NCBI GenBank assembly: GCA_030647555.1
Contig: JAUSJG010000008.1
Coordinates: 65,467 to 129,466 of the forward strand
DNA: 64,000 bases
Reading direction: 5' to 3'
Source of the DNA: a bacterium
GTDB taxonomy: Bacteria; Patescibacteriota; Andersenbacteria; UBA10190; CAIZMI01
Shown here: piece by piece, positions 38,674-48,106 of the stretch
How the letters are laid out: each line of letters begins with the position of its first letter
Numbering within the stretch: position 1 is the first letter of the stretch
Program-made: the position numbers and the translations under genes
Notes under the pieces: model-generated
Database searches by the model: none
What the model was told of the DNA's origin: nothing
What the model saw: only the letters and a program-made list of their open reading frames with translations

Positions 38674-39698
38674 AATTTTATTAGTATACGTCCCGCTTTT
38701 CCCGTAGCGAGTTCGGAGAAGGCTTCGTTTATTTTATAAAAAGAGAAACAGTGTGTGATTAGTTTTTCGAGCGGAAGGATCCCACTCCGAAAGGCTTTTG
38801 TATAGATAAGTAAGTCACGTTCAGGTATTGTGTCGCCTCCCCAAGTTCCGATGACTTTTTTACCCTTTATAAATTCGAAAGGTGTAAGTTCGATTTTAAT
38901 ACCATCCTTTACATTACCAGCAATAGCCAGTATGCCATGCGATTGAAGAGCCGCAAAAGCTGTTTCCATTGTCTCTTTTGTGCCGGCTGCTTCTAATGCA
39001 TAATCAACTCCTTTGGGTAGAATGTTTTGTATTTGTGATAATGTGTCGCCCTTGCTTGCGTTAATGGTATGCGTGGCTCCGATTTTTTTTGCAAATAATA
39101 ATTTTTGATCTGTGATATCGATAGCAATAATAAACTTACACCCCGTCATTTTTGCCGCCATAATTGCCGCGGCGCCTATTCCACCCACGCCAAATATTGC
39201 AATAGACGATCCTTTTTGAGCTTTTAACGTGTTAATTACCGCCCCCGCACCTGTTGGTACGGCGCACCCTAAAAGTGCGGCAACGTCGGGTGAGATATTT
39301 TTTGAAATCTTGAAAACACGATTTTCTGAAACAACTGTATACTCGCCAAGCGTCGTAATAGCACCGGCATTTAGCAAAATTTGGTCTTTTGAGTAGGTTG
39401 ACGAAGGTACGTCGATTCCACGTCCTTTTATCCAGCTTAGAACAACATAATCACCGTTTTTGACTTTTTTAACGCCAGAACCGATTTTTTGCACAATTCC
39501 CGATGCTTCATGTCCCATTAAATGGGGAAGATATTTATCTGTACCTTTATAACCGCGTATTTCGTTGCGTTGGCTGCCGCAAATGCCACTATAAAGCACT
39601 TTTACAAGAACTTGTCCTTTTCTTAGTTCTGGGACTTCTATTTCCTCGATGACGAGGGGTTCGTTAAGTCTATAGAGAACAGCCGCCCTGGTTTTCAT
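38670..39698 (-). CDS. zinc-dependent alcohol dehydrogenase family (MDR) oxidoreductase
   Basis: 'GICGSQ...H.MGHEASG' zinc site and 'IFGVGGIGAAAIMAAK' Rossmann motif. The internal ATG at 39698 ('MKTRAAVLY') overlaps the upstream stop as ATGA. The ORF track extends to 39794. Confidence 0.7.
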   Translation of the reverse strand: MKTRAAVLYRLNEPLVIEEIEVPELRKGQVLVKVLYSGICGSQRNEIRGYKGTDKYLPHLMGHEASGIVQKIGSGVKKVKNGDYVVLSWIKGRGIDVPSSTYSKDQILLNAGAITTLGEYTVVSENRVFKISKNISPDVAALLGCAVPTGAGAVINTLKAQKGSSIAIFGVGGIGAAAIMAAKMTGCKFIIAIDITDQKLLFAKKIGATHTINASKGDTLSQIQNILPKGVDYALEAAGTKETMETAFAALQSHGILAIAGNVKDGIKIELTPFEFIKGKKVIGTWGGDTIPERDLLIYTKAFRSGILPLEKLITHCFSFYKINEAFSELATGKAGRILIKF

Positions 39699-40348
39699 GG
39701 AATAAACCAGTAGTAGTCGCCGGTATAGCCCACTTCCGCGAATAATTTTTGCCATTCGGGAACGCTCATGTAAGTGAGAGCAGTTAGGTTCCACATATCC
39801 ATGCGTTTTTTTTCTTCCTCGGTTCTATAAGCGTCAACCGTAATAAACGCGTTTTTTTTGCTCACTCGCTGTATTTCTCGCAATGCTTGTTTGCATTCGT
39901 CGAGGGGCAAGTTGTGGATAGTGTTAACCGAAATTACGAGATCAAAGCTTTTATCCGCGTATGGTAGCTTTTTTGCGTCCGCAACCTTAATAAATGGTTT
40001 GATGTCTGGTAAAGCGTTTTCGATCGCATACTCAGAAATATCTATGCCGGCAACAGTGATTCCCGGGATTAATTCACGAAAGTCGTGTAGCATAAAACCC
40101 TTCGCGCAACCGACATCAAGAAGACTGCTTTGTCCTGTTAATTGGTATTTTTTTTGGAAATCAGGAACCACCGGTTGCCAGAAGCGTGACTGGTAGGAAA
40201 ACCCTCCGTAGCCAAATCGTCTTTCGCCATCAAAATATTCTTTATCGAAGCGACGGCCAATTTTTCGATCTGCCTCGGTTTTTTCCTGGGCACGTTCGTC
40301 GAGGTTTCTTTTGGTTTTTGGGTAGTTTGCTAGTAGATCTATTTCCAT
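39695..40348 (-). CDS. class I SAM-dependent methyltransferase
   Basis: 'LLDVGCAKGFMLHDF', 'FDLVISVNTIHNLP'. It contains two A8 tracts (complement of 39805-39812 and 39852-39859). Confidence 0.7.
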   Translation of the reverse strand: MEIDLLANYPKTKRNLDERAQEKTEADRKIGRRFDKEYFDGERRFGYGGFSYQSRFWQPVVPDFQKKYQLTGQSSLLDVGCAKGFMLHDFRELIPGITVAGIDISEYAIENALPDIKPFIKVADAKKLPYADKSFDLVISVNTIHNLPLDECKQALREIQRVSKKNAFITVDAYRTEEEKKRMDMWNLTALTYMSVPEWQKLFAEVGYTGDYYWFIP

Positions 40349-40386
40349 AAAAGTGGGCTGAATGATAAGACGAGTGTCATTTTACA

Positions 40387-41277
40387 CTAATTCGAATAAT
40401 TGCAGAATACGTCCGAGGCTTTAGTGAAACTAATGCCCGGGAGGGCAGTTTCAATTTTTTGTGTTGAGAGGGAATTATATAATGGTCTCTTTTCCAATAA
40501 GTCCAAACTTGAGGCAGAGACGCGCTCAATTAATTTTGAGGGTTTGTTTAAAAAAGTCGCGAATTCCGTCGCAAATTCAAAGTAGTTTTTGATTTCTGGT
40601 CCTGACAAATGGAATATTCCAAACTGCTTATTTACGATTAGTAGTTCGATTATTTTTATCACGTCTTTTATATATATCGGTGCAATAAAAGAATCACAGA
40701 TAGCTGATATTTTTTGATCATTTTTCCAAGACTGGTACCATGATGAAAAAAGAGATTTATCGGTTGGGTCGGTTCCATAAACTTTTGTCATTCTAATAAT
40801 AAAAAATTCATTAAATGTTTTTTGAATCATCTCCTCCATTGTTGCTTTTTGACGCCCGTATTCCGTTATGGGGCAAACCGTGTCGGTTTCGACGTAATCT
40901 GGTTTAGCACCGGAAAAGACCATATTGGATGAAAGATAGAATGGTATGCCACCACTTTCTTTGACGCTTTTCAAGAATAGCTTTACCGCGTCCACGTTTA
41001 TTGCCCGTGTTTCAGTTGGATGTGATCTGCAAAAGTCGATGGAGCCAAAATTATTACAAAAAACATAGTAAGCACCTTTAGAGGAAAATGCCGGAGCATA
41101 TGTGTTGGGGTTTGCTAGATCCATAAAAAAAGTCCCCGGTGTTTTTATTTCACGGTTATTATAATAACTGCCCGCGGTGTTATATCCTCGCAGGGTTAGG
41201 TAATGATACAAATTCGTGCCGATGAACCCATCGGCACCGATGATTACAATATTTTTCTTGTCAGTGTTTTGGACCAA
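40387..41277 (-). CDS. NAD(P)-dependent sugar-nucleotide reductase/epimerase-like protein (RmlD-like)
   Basis: 'IVIIGADGFIGTNLYHYL' Rossmann motif. 296 aa. Confidence 0.45.
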   Translation of the reverse strand: MVQNTDKKNIVIIGADGFIGTNLYHYLTLRGYNTAGSYYNNREIKTPGTFFMDLANPNTYAPAFSSKGAYYVFCNNFGSIDFCRSHPTETRAINVDAVKLFLKSVKESGGIPFYLSSNMVFSGAKPDYVETDTVCPITEYGRQKATMEEMIQKTFNEFFIIRMTKVYGTDPTDKSLFSSWYQSWKNDQKISAICDSFIAPIYIKDVIKIIELLIVNKQFGIFHLSGPEIKNYFEFATEFATFLNKPSKLIERVSASSLDLLEKRPLYNSLSTQKIETALPGISFTKASDVFCNYSN

Positions 41278-41980
41278 TGCCTATCGCAAATAGATAATGC
41301 GCCATACCCGAAAAACCCGTATGTACAACTTCATCGTTCATGGAAAAAGTTAATACGTTATTAAAAAATTGTTGCATTAGATTTTTTAATTCTACTTCTC
41401 GTTTGCAATTGATGTGACCCTCCTTGCTTGGCTTTGAAGCATAGATTTGCGATTCTTTGCTGGGGGTGCCTAAAACCAAGATGCCATGCCTGGTTAAACT
41501 TTTGCAAATATTTGTCAGAAATATTTTTTCCTTCGATGGTTTTATGTGCTCTAAAACATCCAGTGTGTATGCTCCATCATATTTTTTATTTAAAGGATTT
41601 TTTAGGATGTCGTGAATAATAAATTTAGCATTGGAAATATTATTATTTACTTTTTTTGCGTTCTCTATAAAAAGGGGATCAAAGTCATACCCGTCCAAAT
41701 TGCCGACGCAAGTACTGATTAGTCGTGAACCAAATCCATCGCCACAACCGATATCGGCGACACTTTTTTTATTATTAAGTATTTTGGATACAAATTTATA
41801 TCGCGACAGTGTAAATAAAATATGTTTCGGGTCGTTGAGCCAAAGGTACGAAGAGGTCAAACCCATCAGGCCGGGGCCAAATTGATTCTGGTGTTCTAAC
41901 TGGCCATTATATTGAGGTTCTTTGGTTGTTTTCATGGTCGATGAATATATTCCAATGGTTGTTTTTGAATTTCTGCCCAA
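41261..41980 (-). CDS. class I SAM-dependent methyltransferase
   Basis: 'VADIGCGDGFGSRLI', 'YDGAYTLDVLEHI', 'HGILVLGTP'. Confidence 0.7.
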   Translation of the reverse strand: MGRNSKTTIGIYSSTMKTTKEPQYNGQLEHQNQFGPGLMGLTSSYLWLNDPKHILFTLSRYKFVSKILNNKKSVADIGCGDGFGSRLISTCVGNLDGYDFDPLFIENAKKVNNNISNAKFIIHDILKNPLNKKYDGAYTLDVLEHIKPSKEKIFLTNICKSLTRHGILVLGTPSKESQIYASKPSKEGHINCKREVELKNLMQQFFNNVLTFSMNDEVVHTGFSGMAHYLFAIGIGPKH

Positions 41981-42918
41981 TATTTTTCCACCCAGGTGAT
42001 CGTTTCTTCCAATCCTTCGCGTAACGGCACGGTGGGATACCAGCCAAATTCTGTGTGTGCTTTTTGTGAATCAATAACATAAGCTTTGTCTTGTCCAAGT
42101 CGTTCGGCAACCATTTCTGTCGATTCTTCAAAATTCTTTCCCATTATTTCGCAAATTGTGCGCACAACATCTTTGACTGCCGTACCGGCATCGGGAGACA
42201 GGTGGTAAATCTCTCCAGGTCGACCCTTGAACATGCCGTCAATATAACCTTGTGCCACGTCATGGATGTGAATATATGATTTAACGGCACTTCCACCGCC
42301 GTGAAGTTGTATTTTCTTGCCGGTTTTTAGATAAATTACGGAACGCGGGATGATTTTAAAAAGTTGTTGGTGAGCGCCATAAACATTGGTGGCGCGCATT
42401 AACACGGCTGGAAATTGAAAATTCTTATAAAAAGTCATGATGGAAAAATCCGCCGCGGCTTTGGAGGCGGCGTAGGGTGTGGTGGGATTCATACAGGCAT
42501 TTTCTTTTACCGATCCTTCGCATGTGCCGTAAACCTCGGGTGAAGAAATGTGGGCATATTTTTTGAGCGATTTTAGATCTTTCAGAAAATTTACTAATTT
42601 GGTGAGCGCAACGACATTGGTCTCAAACCATTGTTCCGGATGTTGCCAGCTGGGCGCGACCTCGCTAAGTGCCGCAAGATTTATAATATATTCAGGCTTC
42701 TCTGTTTGTAAAAGATCGCAAAGTATTTGCATATCTTTGTTAAGATCCATACTAAAAAAACGGAGTCTTGAAGTATCTTTTTGCAGATAAGGCAAGAAAA
42801 GTGGGCCTTTCATTTCACGGCTGATGCCGATAATTTCGTTTTCTGAATTCTCCAAAAGCTTGTCTACGACGAAACCGCCGGAAAATGAGTTACAACCAAT
42901 AATCGCAATTTTGCTCAT
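41932..42918 (-). CDS. NAD-dependent sugar-nucleotide 4,6-dehydratase-like protein (RmlB/GDP-mannose dehydratase family)
   Basis: 'YAASKAAAD' catalytic YxxxK and an SDR extended-family layout. The likely start is ATG 42918 ('MSKIAIIGC'). The ORF track extends to 42954. Confidence 0.55.
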   Translation of the reverse strand: MSKIAIIGCNSFSGGFVVDKLLENSENEIIGISREMKGPLFLPYLQKDTSRLRFFSMDLNKDMQILCDLLQTEKPEYIINLAALSEVAPSWQHPEQWFETNVVALTKLVNFLKDLKSLKKYAHISSPEVYGTCEGSVKENACMNPTTPYAASKAAADFSIMTFYKNFQFPAVLMRATNVYGAHQQLFKIIPRSVIYLKTGKKIQLHGGGSAVKSYIHIHDVAQGYIDGMFKGRPGEIYHLSPDAGTAVKDVVRTICEIMGKNFEESTEMVAERLGQDKAYVIDSQKAHTEFGWYPTVPLREGLEETITWVEKYWAEIQKQPLEYIHRP

Positions 42919-43043
42919 GTATGGCAGTCTATTTTGCTTGCAGGATAGTGTCAAATTGCGGGTGGTTGACGTAAACGGCGCTTTGTTTTTAACTTGGAGA
43001 GCGTTCGTGTTTTTTTTGATAACCTGAAAAAAGGATTTATACG

Positions 43044-43427
43044 ATGCAAAAAGGAACGTTGGTTGTCAACCAGTCGGAGTTGGACATGCTTGAGTGCTTA
43101 TTTTGCCGCCACGTTTTTGACCGGGCGCGGCAGGAATTGGGGATGGGAACGAACGATTGTTCGGATCTGCCCGACGATGAAATGTTGAATTTTGTCGGAG
43201 AAATGTCGCCATACATCGGATGTACGTTGCGACAAGGGTATAGGGATTTGATTGAATATCTTTTACAGCTTGAGGGAATGGATCCTTGTGAAGCCAGCCA
43301 GCAGGCGTACGGTTTATCGGACGTCGAAATTGCTCAAGGAATTAGAGATATTGCGAGCGAGTTTGATGATTTCTCAGATTGGGTGGCGCATTTGTCACCA
43401 AGAGCGCGCGCGGCACTTAGCGTTTGA
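43044..43427 (+). CDS. hypothetical acidic 127-aa protein, compositionally atypical (GC-rich), monocistronic
   Basis: An ORF with its own intrinsic terminator. GC is about 48% versus about 38% in flanking genes. No recognisable domain. Confidence 0.35.
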   Translation: MQKGTLVVNQSELDMLECLFCRHVFDRARQELGMGTNDCSDLPDDEMLNFVGEMSPYIGCTLRQGYRDLIEYLLQLEGMDPCEASQQAYGLSDVEIAQGIRDIASEFDDFSDWVAHLSPRARAALSV

Positions 43428-43436
43428 AGGGCTGTG

Positions 43437-43468
43437 GTCCGGGGTGAAACAACCCCGGCATTTTTTTG
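43437..43468 (+). terminator. Rho-independent terminator (CCGGGGtgaaacaaCCCCGG + T7)
   Basis: Perfect 6-bp GC stem and an 8-nt loop followed by TTTTTTT at 43461-43467, immediately after the TGA at 43425-43427. Confidence 0.75.
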
Positions 43469-43469
43469 T

Positions 43470-44564
43470 TTAAAACGGGCCGGAAAAAGTCGGATCGGGG
43501 ATGTCGTGGGGAAGAGGGGATTCTGTTGTTTCTTCATGAAATTCTTTTGTCAGCGGTGTGGGATCTTTTTTGAGTAATCGAAAAACACTCTCTGATATTT
43601 CCTTGTATGTCGGGTAATAATTTTTACTTAATGCAAAACTGGTGGGTGCCGGATAGTTGGGACAGGCGACAATTACCGGTGCCGCAAGAAGTTGCCCGAA
43701 AATGTTTGTGGTAATTTCCGCGACAATATTTTCGGCGATGCTTCCCGTTTGGGGGGCGTTATCAATGACAACGACACGGCCGGTTTTCTTGATCGAAGAA
43801 AAGATTGTTTCTTTGTCTAGTGGTCGAATTGTTCGCAAGTCAACAACTTCAGCACTAATGCCGTGTTTGGCCAGAACATCCGCTGCGCGCAATGTTTCAA
43901 TTGTCGGATAAGAATGAGCGACCAGTGTAACATCGGTGCCTTCTCGTGCGATTTTTGCCTTTCCGAGTGGTACTTGATACATCTCTTCCGGCACAAAACC
44001 TGTGATATTGTGAATCCAGCGGTGTTCTAGAAAAATGACCGGATTGTTGTCTTGGATGCTGGCCAAGAGGAGTCCTTTTGCGTCATATGGGGTAGTCGGC
44101 ATAACAACTTTTAATCCCGGCACTTGGGCAAAAAGTGCTTGTAGGCTTTGGGAGTGTTGCGGGCCTTGTCCCCAACCCATTCCGATCATCATTCGGATAA
44201 CAATCGGAACGGTTTTTTTGCCGCCGAACATAAAATGCCATTTGGCGGCATTGTTGATAATCTGATCAAGAGAAAGCAGGGAAAAATCGGCGCGTTGGTG
44301 CGTTAAAATGGGGCGTAGTCCATTCAATGCCGCACCAATACAAATACCGGTAAGAGCGTTTTCGGAAACAGGCATATCGAATACACGGTCTTTGCCGAAT
44401 TTTTCGCGCAAACCAAGTGTCGTTCCAAAAATACCTTTTGGATCGGGTACGCCTTCCCCGATAATAATCACACGACGATCAGTGGCCATTGTTTGGAGGG
44501 TGGCCTCGCGGATGGCCTCACTGACTTTAATAGTGGCGCGCGGGTTGGTTGTTTGTTCAGCCAT
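43470..44564 (-). CDS. thiamine-diphosphate-dependent dehydrogenase E1 component beta subunit (transketolase C-terminal-like)
   Basis: 'VIIIGEGV...GGVFGTTLGL...DMPVSENALTGICIGAALNGLRPI' is typical of PDH/BCKDH E1-beta. 364 aa. Confidence 0.7.
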   Translation of the reverse strand: MAEQTTNPRATIKVSEAIREATLQTMATDRRVIIIGEGVPDPKGIFGTTLGLREKFGKDRVFDMPVSENALTGICIGAALNGLRPILTHQRADFSLLSLDQIINNAAKWHFMFGGKKTVPIVIRMMIGMGWGQGPQHSQSLQALFAQVPGLKVVMPTTPYDAKGLLLASIQDNNPVIFLEHRWIHNITGFVPEEMYQVPLGKAKIAREGTDVTLVAHSYPTIETLRAADVLAKHGISAEVVDLRTIRPLDKETIFSSIKKTGRVVVIDNAPQTGSIAENIVAEITTNIFGQLLAAPVIVACPNYPAPTSFALSKNYYPTYKEISESVFRLLKKDPTPLTKEFHEETTESPLPHDIPDPTFSGPF

Positions 44565-45543
44565 AACAATTTTCAGGGGTTAAGGGTTTGTTTGGGAAGG
44601 CGCTTTGTTTTGCATAAATTAGCGCCGCCTCAATTTCCTGCGCGATAGCGGTTTTTGTGTTTTTTAGTTCGCTGTCATTAATAAAACAGTTATTAAGGGC
44701 ATATTGTTCGATTTTTTCTAACGGATCATTTTTCTTCCAATTTTTAAATTCCTCTTCCGAACGGTAGCCGATATTATTGTCAAAATTGGGTCCACAATGT
44801 TCGCGCCAGCGGTATGTTGAAAATTCCAAAAAATGGGGACCTTTTCCGGATCTAATTTGTGTTACGGCGGTTGTTGTTTTTGAATAGACCTCGTAAGCGT
44901 CGTTGCCATTTCCCTCAAGTGTTTGTAGGCCATGGGCACTGGCAATATCGACGATTTTTCTTTTTGATTGTCTCTCGTTGAGAGGAGTGTAAACCGAGTA
45001 CAAATTATTTTCACAAATATAGATAATTGGTAATTGATGCAGGACGGCGAAATTCATACTCTCGTGTAGCACTCCTTCCTCTGTTGCGCCATCGCCAAAA
45101 AAAACCGCCGTTACGCTTGGTTCGCCGCGTAATTTTGCCGCCCAAGCAAGCCCTGTGGCAATCGGAATAGTACCGCCAACGATCGGTGTAGAGCCGATAA
45201 AATTGATTGATAAATCGATGAGGTGTTGTGACCCGCCGATCCCCGCACAGCAACCGGTTTCTTTTCCATATATTTCGGCAAACATTTTTTTCAGATCTCC
45301 GCCTTTGGCCAAATAATGACCGTGGGCGCGGTGGGTGCCCATGACGTTGTCGAATGTGTTTAACGCCATGCAGGCTCCTGCCGGCACCGCTTCTTGACCG
45401 GTGCAGAGATGCATGGGGCAGCGAATTTCTTTTTCAGAGTAAATCGCAGCCATTTTTTCCTCTGCCATTCTAATTCGTGCCGTATGATAAAAAAGTCGAC
45501 GAATAATCTCAATGTCTTTTATTGTCGGTACAAACGAAGACAT
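44557..45543 (-). CDS. thiamine-diphosphate-dependent dehydrogenase E1 component alpha subunit
   Basis: 'GDGATEEGVLHESMNFA...ICENNLYS' ThDP-binding motif (GDG...NN). 328 aa. It is translationally coupled to the beta subunit. No E2 or E3 gene is adjacent. Confidence 0.7.
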   Translation of the reverse strand: MSSFVPTIKDIEIIRRLFYHTARIRMAEEKMAAIYSEKEIRCPMHLCTGQEAVPAGACMALNTFDNVMGTHRAHGHYLAKGGDLKKMFAEIYGKETGCCAGIGGSQHLIDLSINFIGSTPIVGGTIPIATGLAWAAKLRGEPSVTAVFFGDGATEEGVLHESMNFAVLHQLPIIYICENNLYSVYTPLNERQSKRKIVDIASAHGLQTLEGNGNDAYEVYSKTTTAVTQIRSGKGPHFLEFSTYRWREHCGPNFDNNIGYRSEEEFKNWKKNDPLEKIEQYALNNCFINDSELKNTKTAIAQEIEAALIYAKQSAFPNKPLTPENCYG

Positions 45544-45545
45544 TT

Positions 45546-46793
45546 TTATCGATTCTCGTTTTTTAATATATACTTTTGCATTGTTTTTATGTTGTAATAA
45601 CGAGGATTGGAAAGTGCTTCAGGAATCAAATTGCCTTTAAAAGCGTTAACTAAATCTTCAATTGCGTCTTCCACTGTCCTTTTTGCGGAAAAATTCAGTT
45701 CCTGTTTGATTTTTGAGGAATCGACGCGATAAGATCGTTTATCGGCAGTATCTTGTTTTGTTATCGTAACGTGTTCGCCAACAATTTTCTTGGTCATAGC
45801 GGCAATTTCATTAAGCGGGTAATTTTCGTAACCGGCATTATAAACTTTTCCCGCAATTTGTTCTTTCGGGAATGATAGTGTTTGCACATATAGGTCAGTC
45901 ATGTCTTCGATGTGGATATTGGGGCGCGCTTGCTCTCCGCCAAAAACAGTGATCACACCTTTTTCTATTGCGTGGCACGTTAAAATATTTACAGTAAGAT
46001 CAAGACGTAATCGCGGTGAATAACCACAAACTGTGGCGGGGCGTAAAACGAGCACCGTAAAATCATCGCTATTTAAGGGCAAGAGATAACGCTCGCAAAG
46101 TGCTTTGTAGCGCGAATAATCGGTAAGTGGTTCTAGTGAAAGATTTTCGGTGACTTTTTCTTCCTCTTTTACGCCATATACGCTGGAACTACTTGCATAG
46201 ATAAAACGCTTGACGCCTATTTGCTTAGCTAAATCAAAAAGCTGGATACTGGCGTCGTAGTTGATAGATTTTCCCAAATTAGGATTCAGTTCGAAACTGG
46301 GATCATTGCTAATACATGCGAGGTGAATAACGGCGTCAATGTTTTGAAGCGCGTCGTGAACAACTTTTTTGTCGCGCAAATCGCCTTTAATTTCGTGCAG
46401 TTTAGGATCATTTTTTACTGCGGCAAGCGTGTCGCCATAAAGGTATAAATCTAGAACTGTAACCTCAAAATCCGCCTTTAGTAGTTTGGGGACTAAAACC
46501 GATCCGACGTATCCGGCACCACCAGTAACGAGCACCTTCTTTATTTGCATGTCATTTCTTATCATATTTTGCGGCAAATATTCATTAGTTTTTTGGGTGT
46601 TTTGTTGTAGGTTTTCGAATGCGTCAAGGTGCACTGCAATTTTTTCCGCCAATATGCAAAAATCGATTGTTTTCGCGTTATCGTTTTGAGAAGCAGTGGA
46701 ATCGAAAAGTTGCTGTATTTGGGCGCGGTATTTGGCTATTAGGCTTTCTTGCATAGCAATAAAAATTATGAGTCGTTCCTCCAGACTAAGCAA
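45546..46793 (-). CDS. NAD-dependent nucleotide-sugar epimerase/dehydratase (SDR) with ~80-aa N-terminal extension
   Basis: 'VLVTGGAGYVGSVLVPKLL' Rossmann motif and 'YSRYKALCE' YxxxK. Confidence 0.65.
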   Translation of the reverse strand: MLSLEERLIIFIAMQESLIAKYRAQIQQLFDSTASQNDNAKTIDFCILAEKIAVHLDAFENLQQNTQKTNEYLPQNMIRNDMQIKKVLVTGGAGYVGSVLVPKLLKADFEVTVLDLYLYGDTLAAVKNDPKLHEIKGDLRDKKVVHDALQNIDAVIHLACISNDPSFELNPNLGKSINYDASIQLFDLAKQIGVKRFIYASSSSVYGVKEEEKVTENLSLEPLTDYSRYKALCERYLLPLNSDDFTVLVLRPATVCGYSPRLRLDLTVNILTCHAIEKGVITVFGGEQARPNIHIEDMTDLYVQTLSFPKEQIAGKVYNAGYENYPLNEIAAMTKKIVGEHVTITKQDTADKRSYRVDSSKIKQELNFSAKRTVEDAIEDLVNAFKGNLIPEALSNPRYYNIKTMQKYILKNENR

Positions 46794-46816
46794 TTTCTAC
46801 CCTAGTTGTAGTTAAT

Positions 46817-48106
46817 TTACAAGTTTTTGTAAATCAATTGTTTGTTGGATAATAATTTCGGGTAAAGAGATTTAATATCGATAATAACACCTTGTTTTCC
46901 GGAGCAATTTTTGATTTGTTTTTCCATCTCTGAAAATTTCTTGTGCGGTGTTGCGACGATGATTGCGTCGAAGTGATTTGAAAGTTTATCGATAGAGGGG
47001 ATTTCAAAATTGCGTTTGATTGTTTCTGAATCCAAAAGTGGCTCAAATCCAATTACTTCTGCTCCTAATTTCTTTAAAACTTTTATTGTGACTCCGATTT
47101 TTGAATTTCGATAATCTTTTACGTTTTCTTTGAAGGTTAGGCCCATCACTAAAATTTTGGCGCCTTTGATTTCTTTTCCAGCTTTTTTGAGGCCATCTAC
47201 TGTTAATTGGGCGACATATTCGGGCATATAATCATTTATTTTACGCCCCGCGGTGATTATTTGGGGCTGATGGCCAAGTTGTTTTGCTTTGAAAACTAAA
47301 TAGTAAGGATCAATGGAAATACAATGTCCGCCAACCAGACCCGGGGTGAATTTTAGAAAATTCCACTTGGTTCCTGCTGCTTCTAGTACGTCGCTGGTGT
47401 TGATATCCATCTTATGAAAAATCAATGACAGTTCGTTCATTAAGGCGATATTGATGTCGCGTTGAGTGTTCTCGATAACTTTTGCGGCTTCGGCGGTTTT
47501 AATGTTGGGGGCAATATGTACGCCGGCCTTGCAAACTTTTTTATATGTAGTAGCAATAATTTTTGTCGATTCCGGTGTATCACCCGAAACGATTTTGACT
47601 ACCTTTTCCAGCGTATGTTCTTTGTCTCCCGGGTTAATTCTTTCCGGTGAGTAGCCGACATTGAAATCCTTTTTCCACTTCAGCCCGGATATTCTTTCCA
47701 GAACCGGGACGCAGTCTTCTTCTGTCGCACCCGGATAAACTGTTGATTCATAAACGACAATGTCGCCTTTTTTCAGGTTTTTTGCCACTGTCTCGCTGGC
47801 TTTGATCACTAATGACATATCCGGATTATTTTTGTCGTCTACTGGAGTTGGTACGGCAACAATGAAAAAGTTTGCTTCTTTTAAGGTGTTGTTGTCGGAA
47901 GAATAGACGAGCTTGCTATTTTTAACTTCCTTGCGTGTTAGTTCGTCCGTTGAGTCGATCCCTTTCTTGAGTTCGTCGATTCTTTGTTGTTTTACGTCAA
48001 AACCGATGGTTTTAATGTTTGTTCTGCCGAAAGCCAAGGCGAGCGGAAGACCGACATAACCTAAACCGACGACGGCGACTGTTGTCTTTGGGGAGGGTGT
48101 TTTCAT
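46817..48106 (-). CDS. nucleotide-sugar (UDP-GlcNAc/UDP-ManNAc-type) 6-dehydrogenase, TviB/WbpO-like
   Basis: 'VAVVGLGYVGLPLALAF' N-terminal NAD motif, a UDPG/MGDP dehydrogenase family layout, and the catalytic 'GGHCI' region. 429 aa. Confidence 0.75.
   Translation of the reverse strand: MKTPSPKTTVAVVGLGYVGLPLALAFGRTNIKTIGFDVKQQRIDELKKGIDSTDELTRKEVKNSKLVYSSDNNTLKEANFFIVAVPTPVDDKNNPDMSLVIKASETVAKNLKKGDIVVYESTVYPGATEEDCVPVLERISGLKWKKDFNVGYSPERINPGDKEHTLEKVVKIVSGDTPESTKIIATTYKKVCKAGVHIAPNIKTAEAAKVIENTQRDINIALMNELSLIFHKMDINTSDVLEAAGTKWNFLKFTPGLVGGHCISIDPYYLVFKAKQLGHQPQIITAGRKINDYMPEYVAQLTVDGLKKAGKEIKGAKILVMGLTFKENVKDYRNSKIGVTIKVLKKLGAEVIGFEPLLDSETIKRNFEIPSIDKLSNHFDAIIVATPHKKFSEMEKQIKNCSGKQGVIIDIKSLYPKLLSNKQLIYKNL

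Noticed and set aside
45546-46793. Separate small gene for the first ~80 aa of the epimerase 45546..46793
   Set aside because: The extension is in frame without a stop, and no internal RBS or terminator is visible. It is kept as one ORF with an uncertain start.
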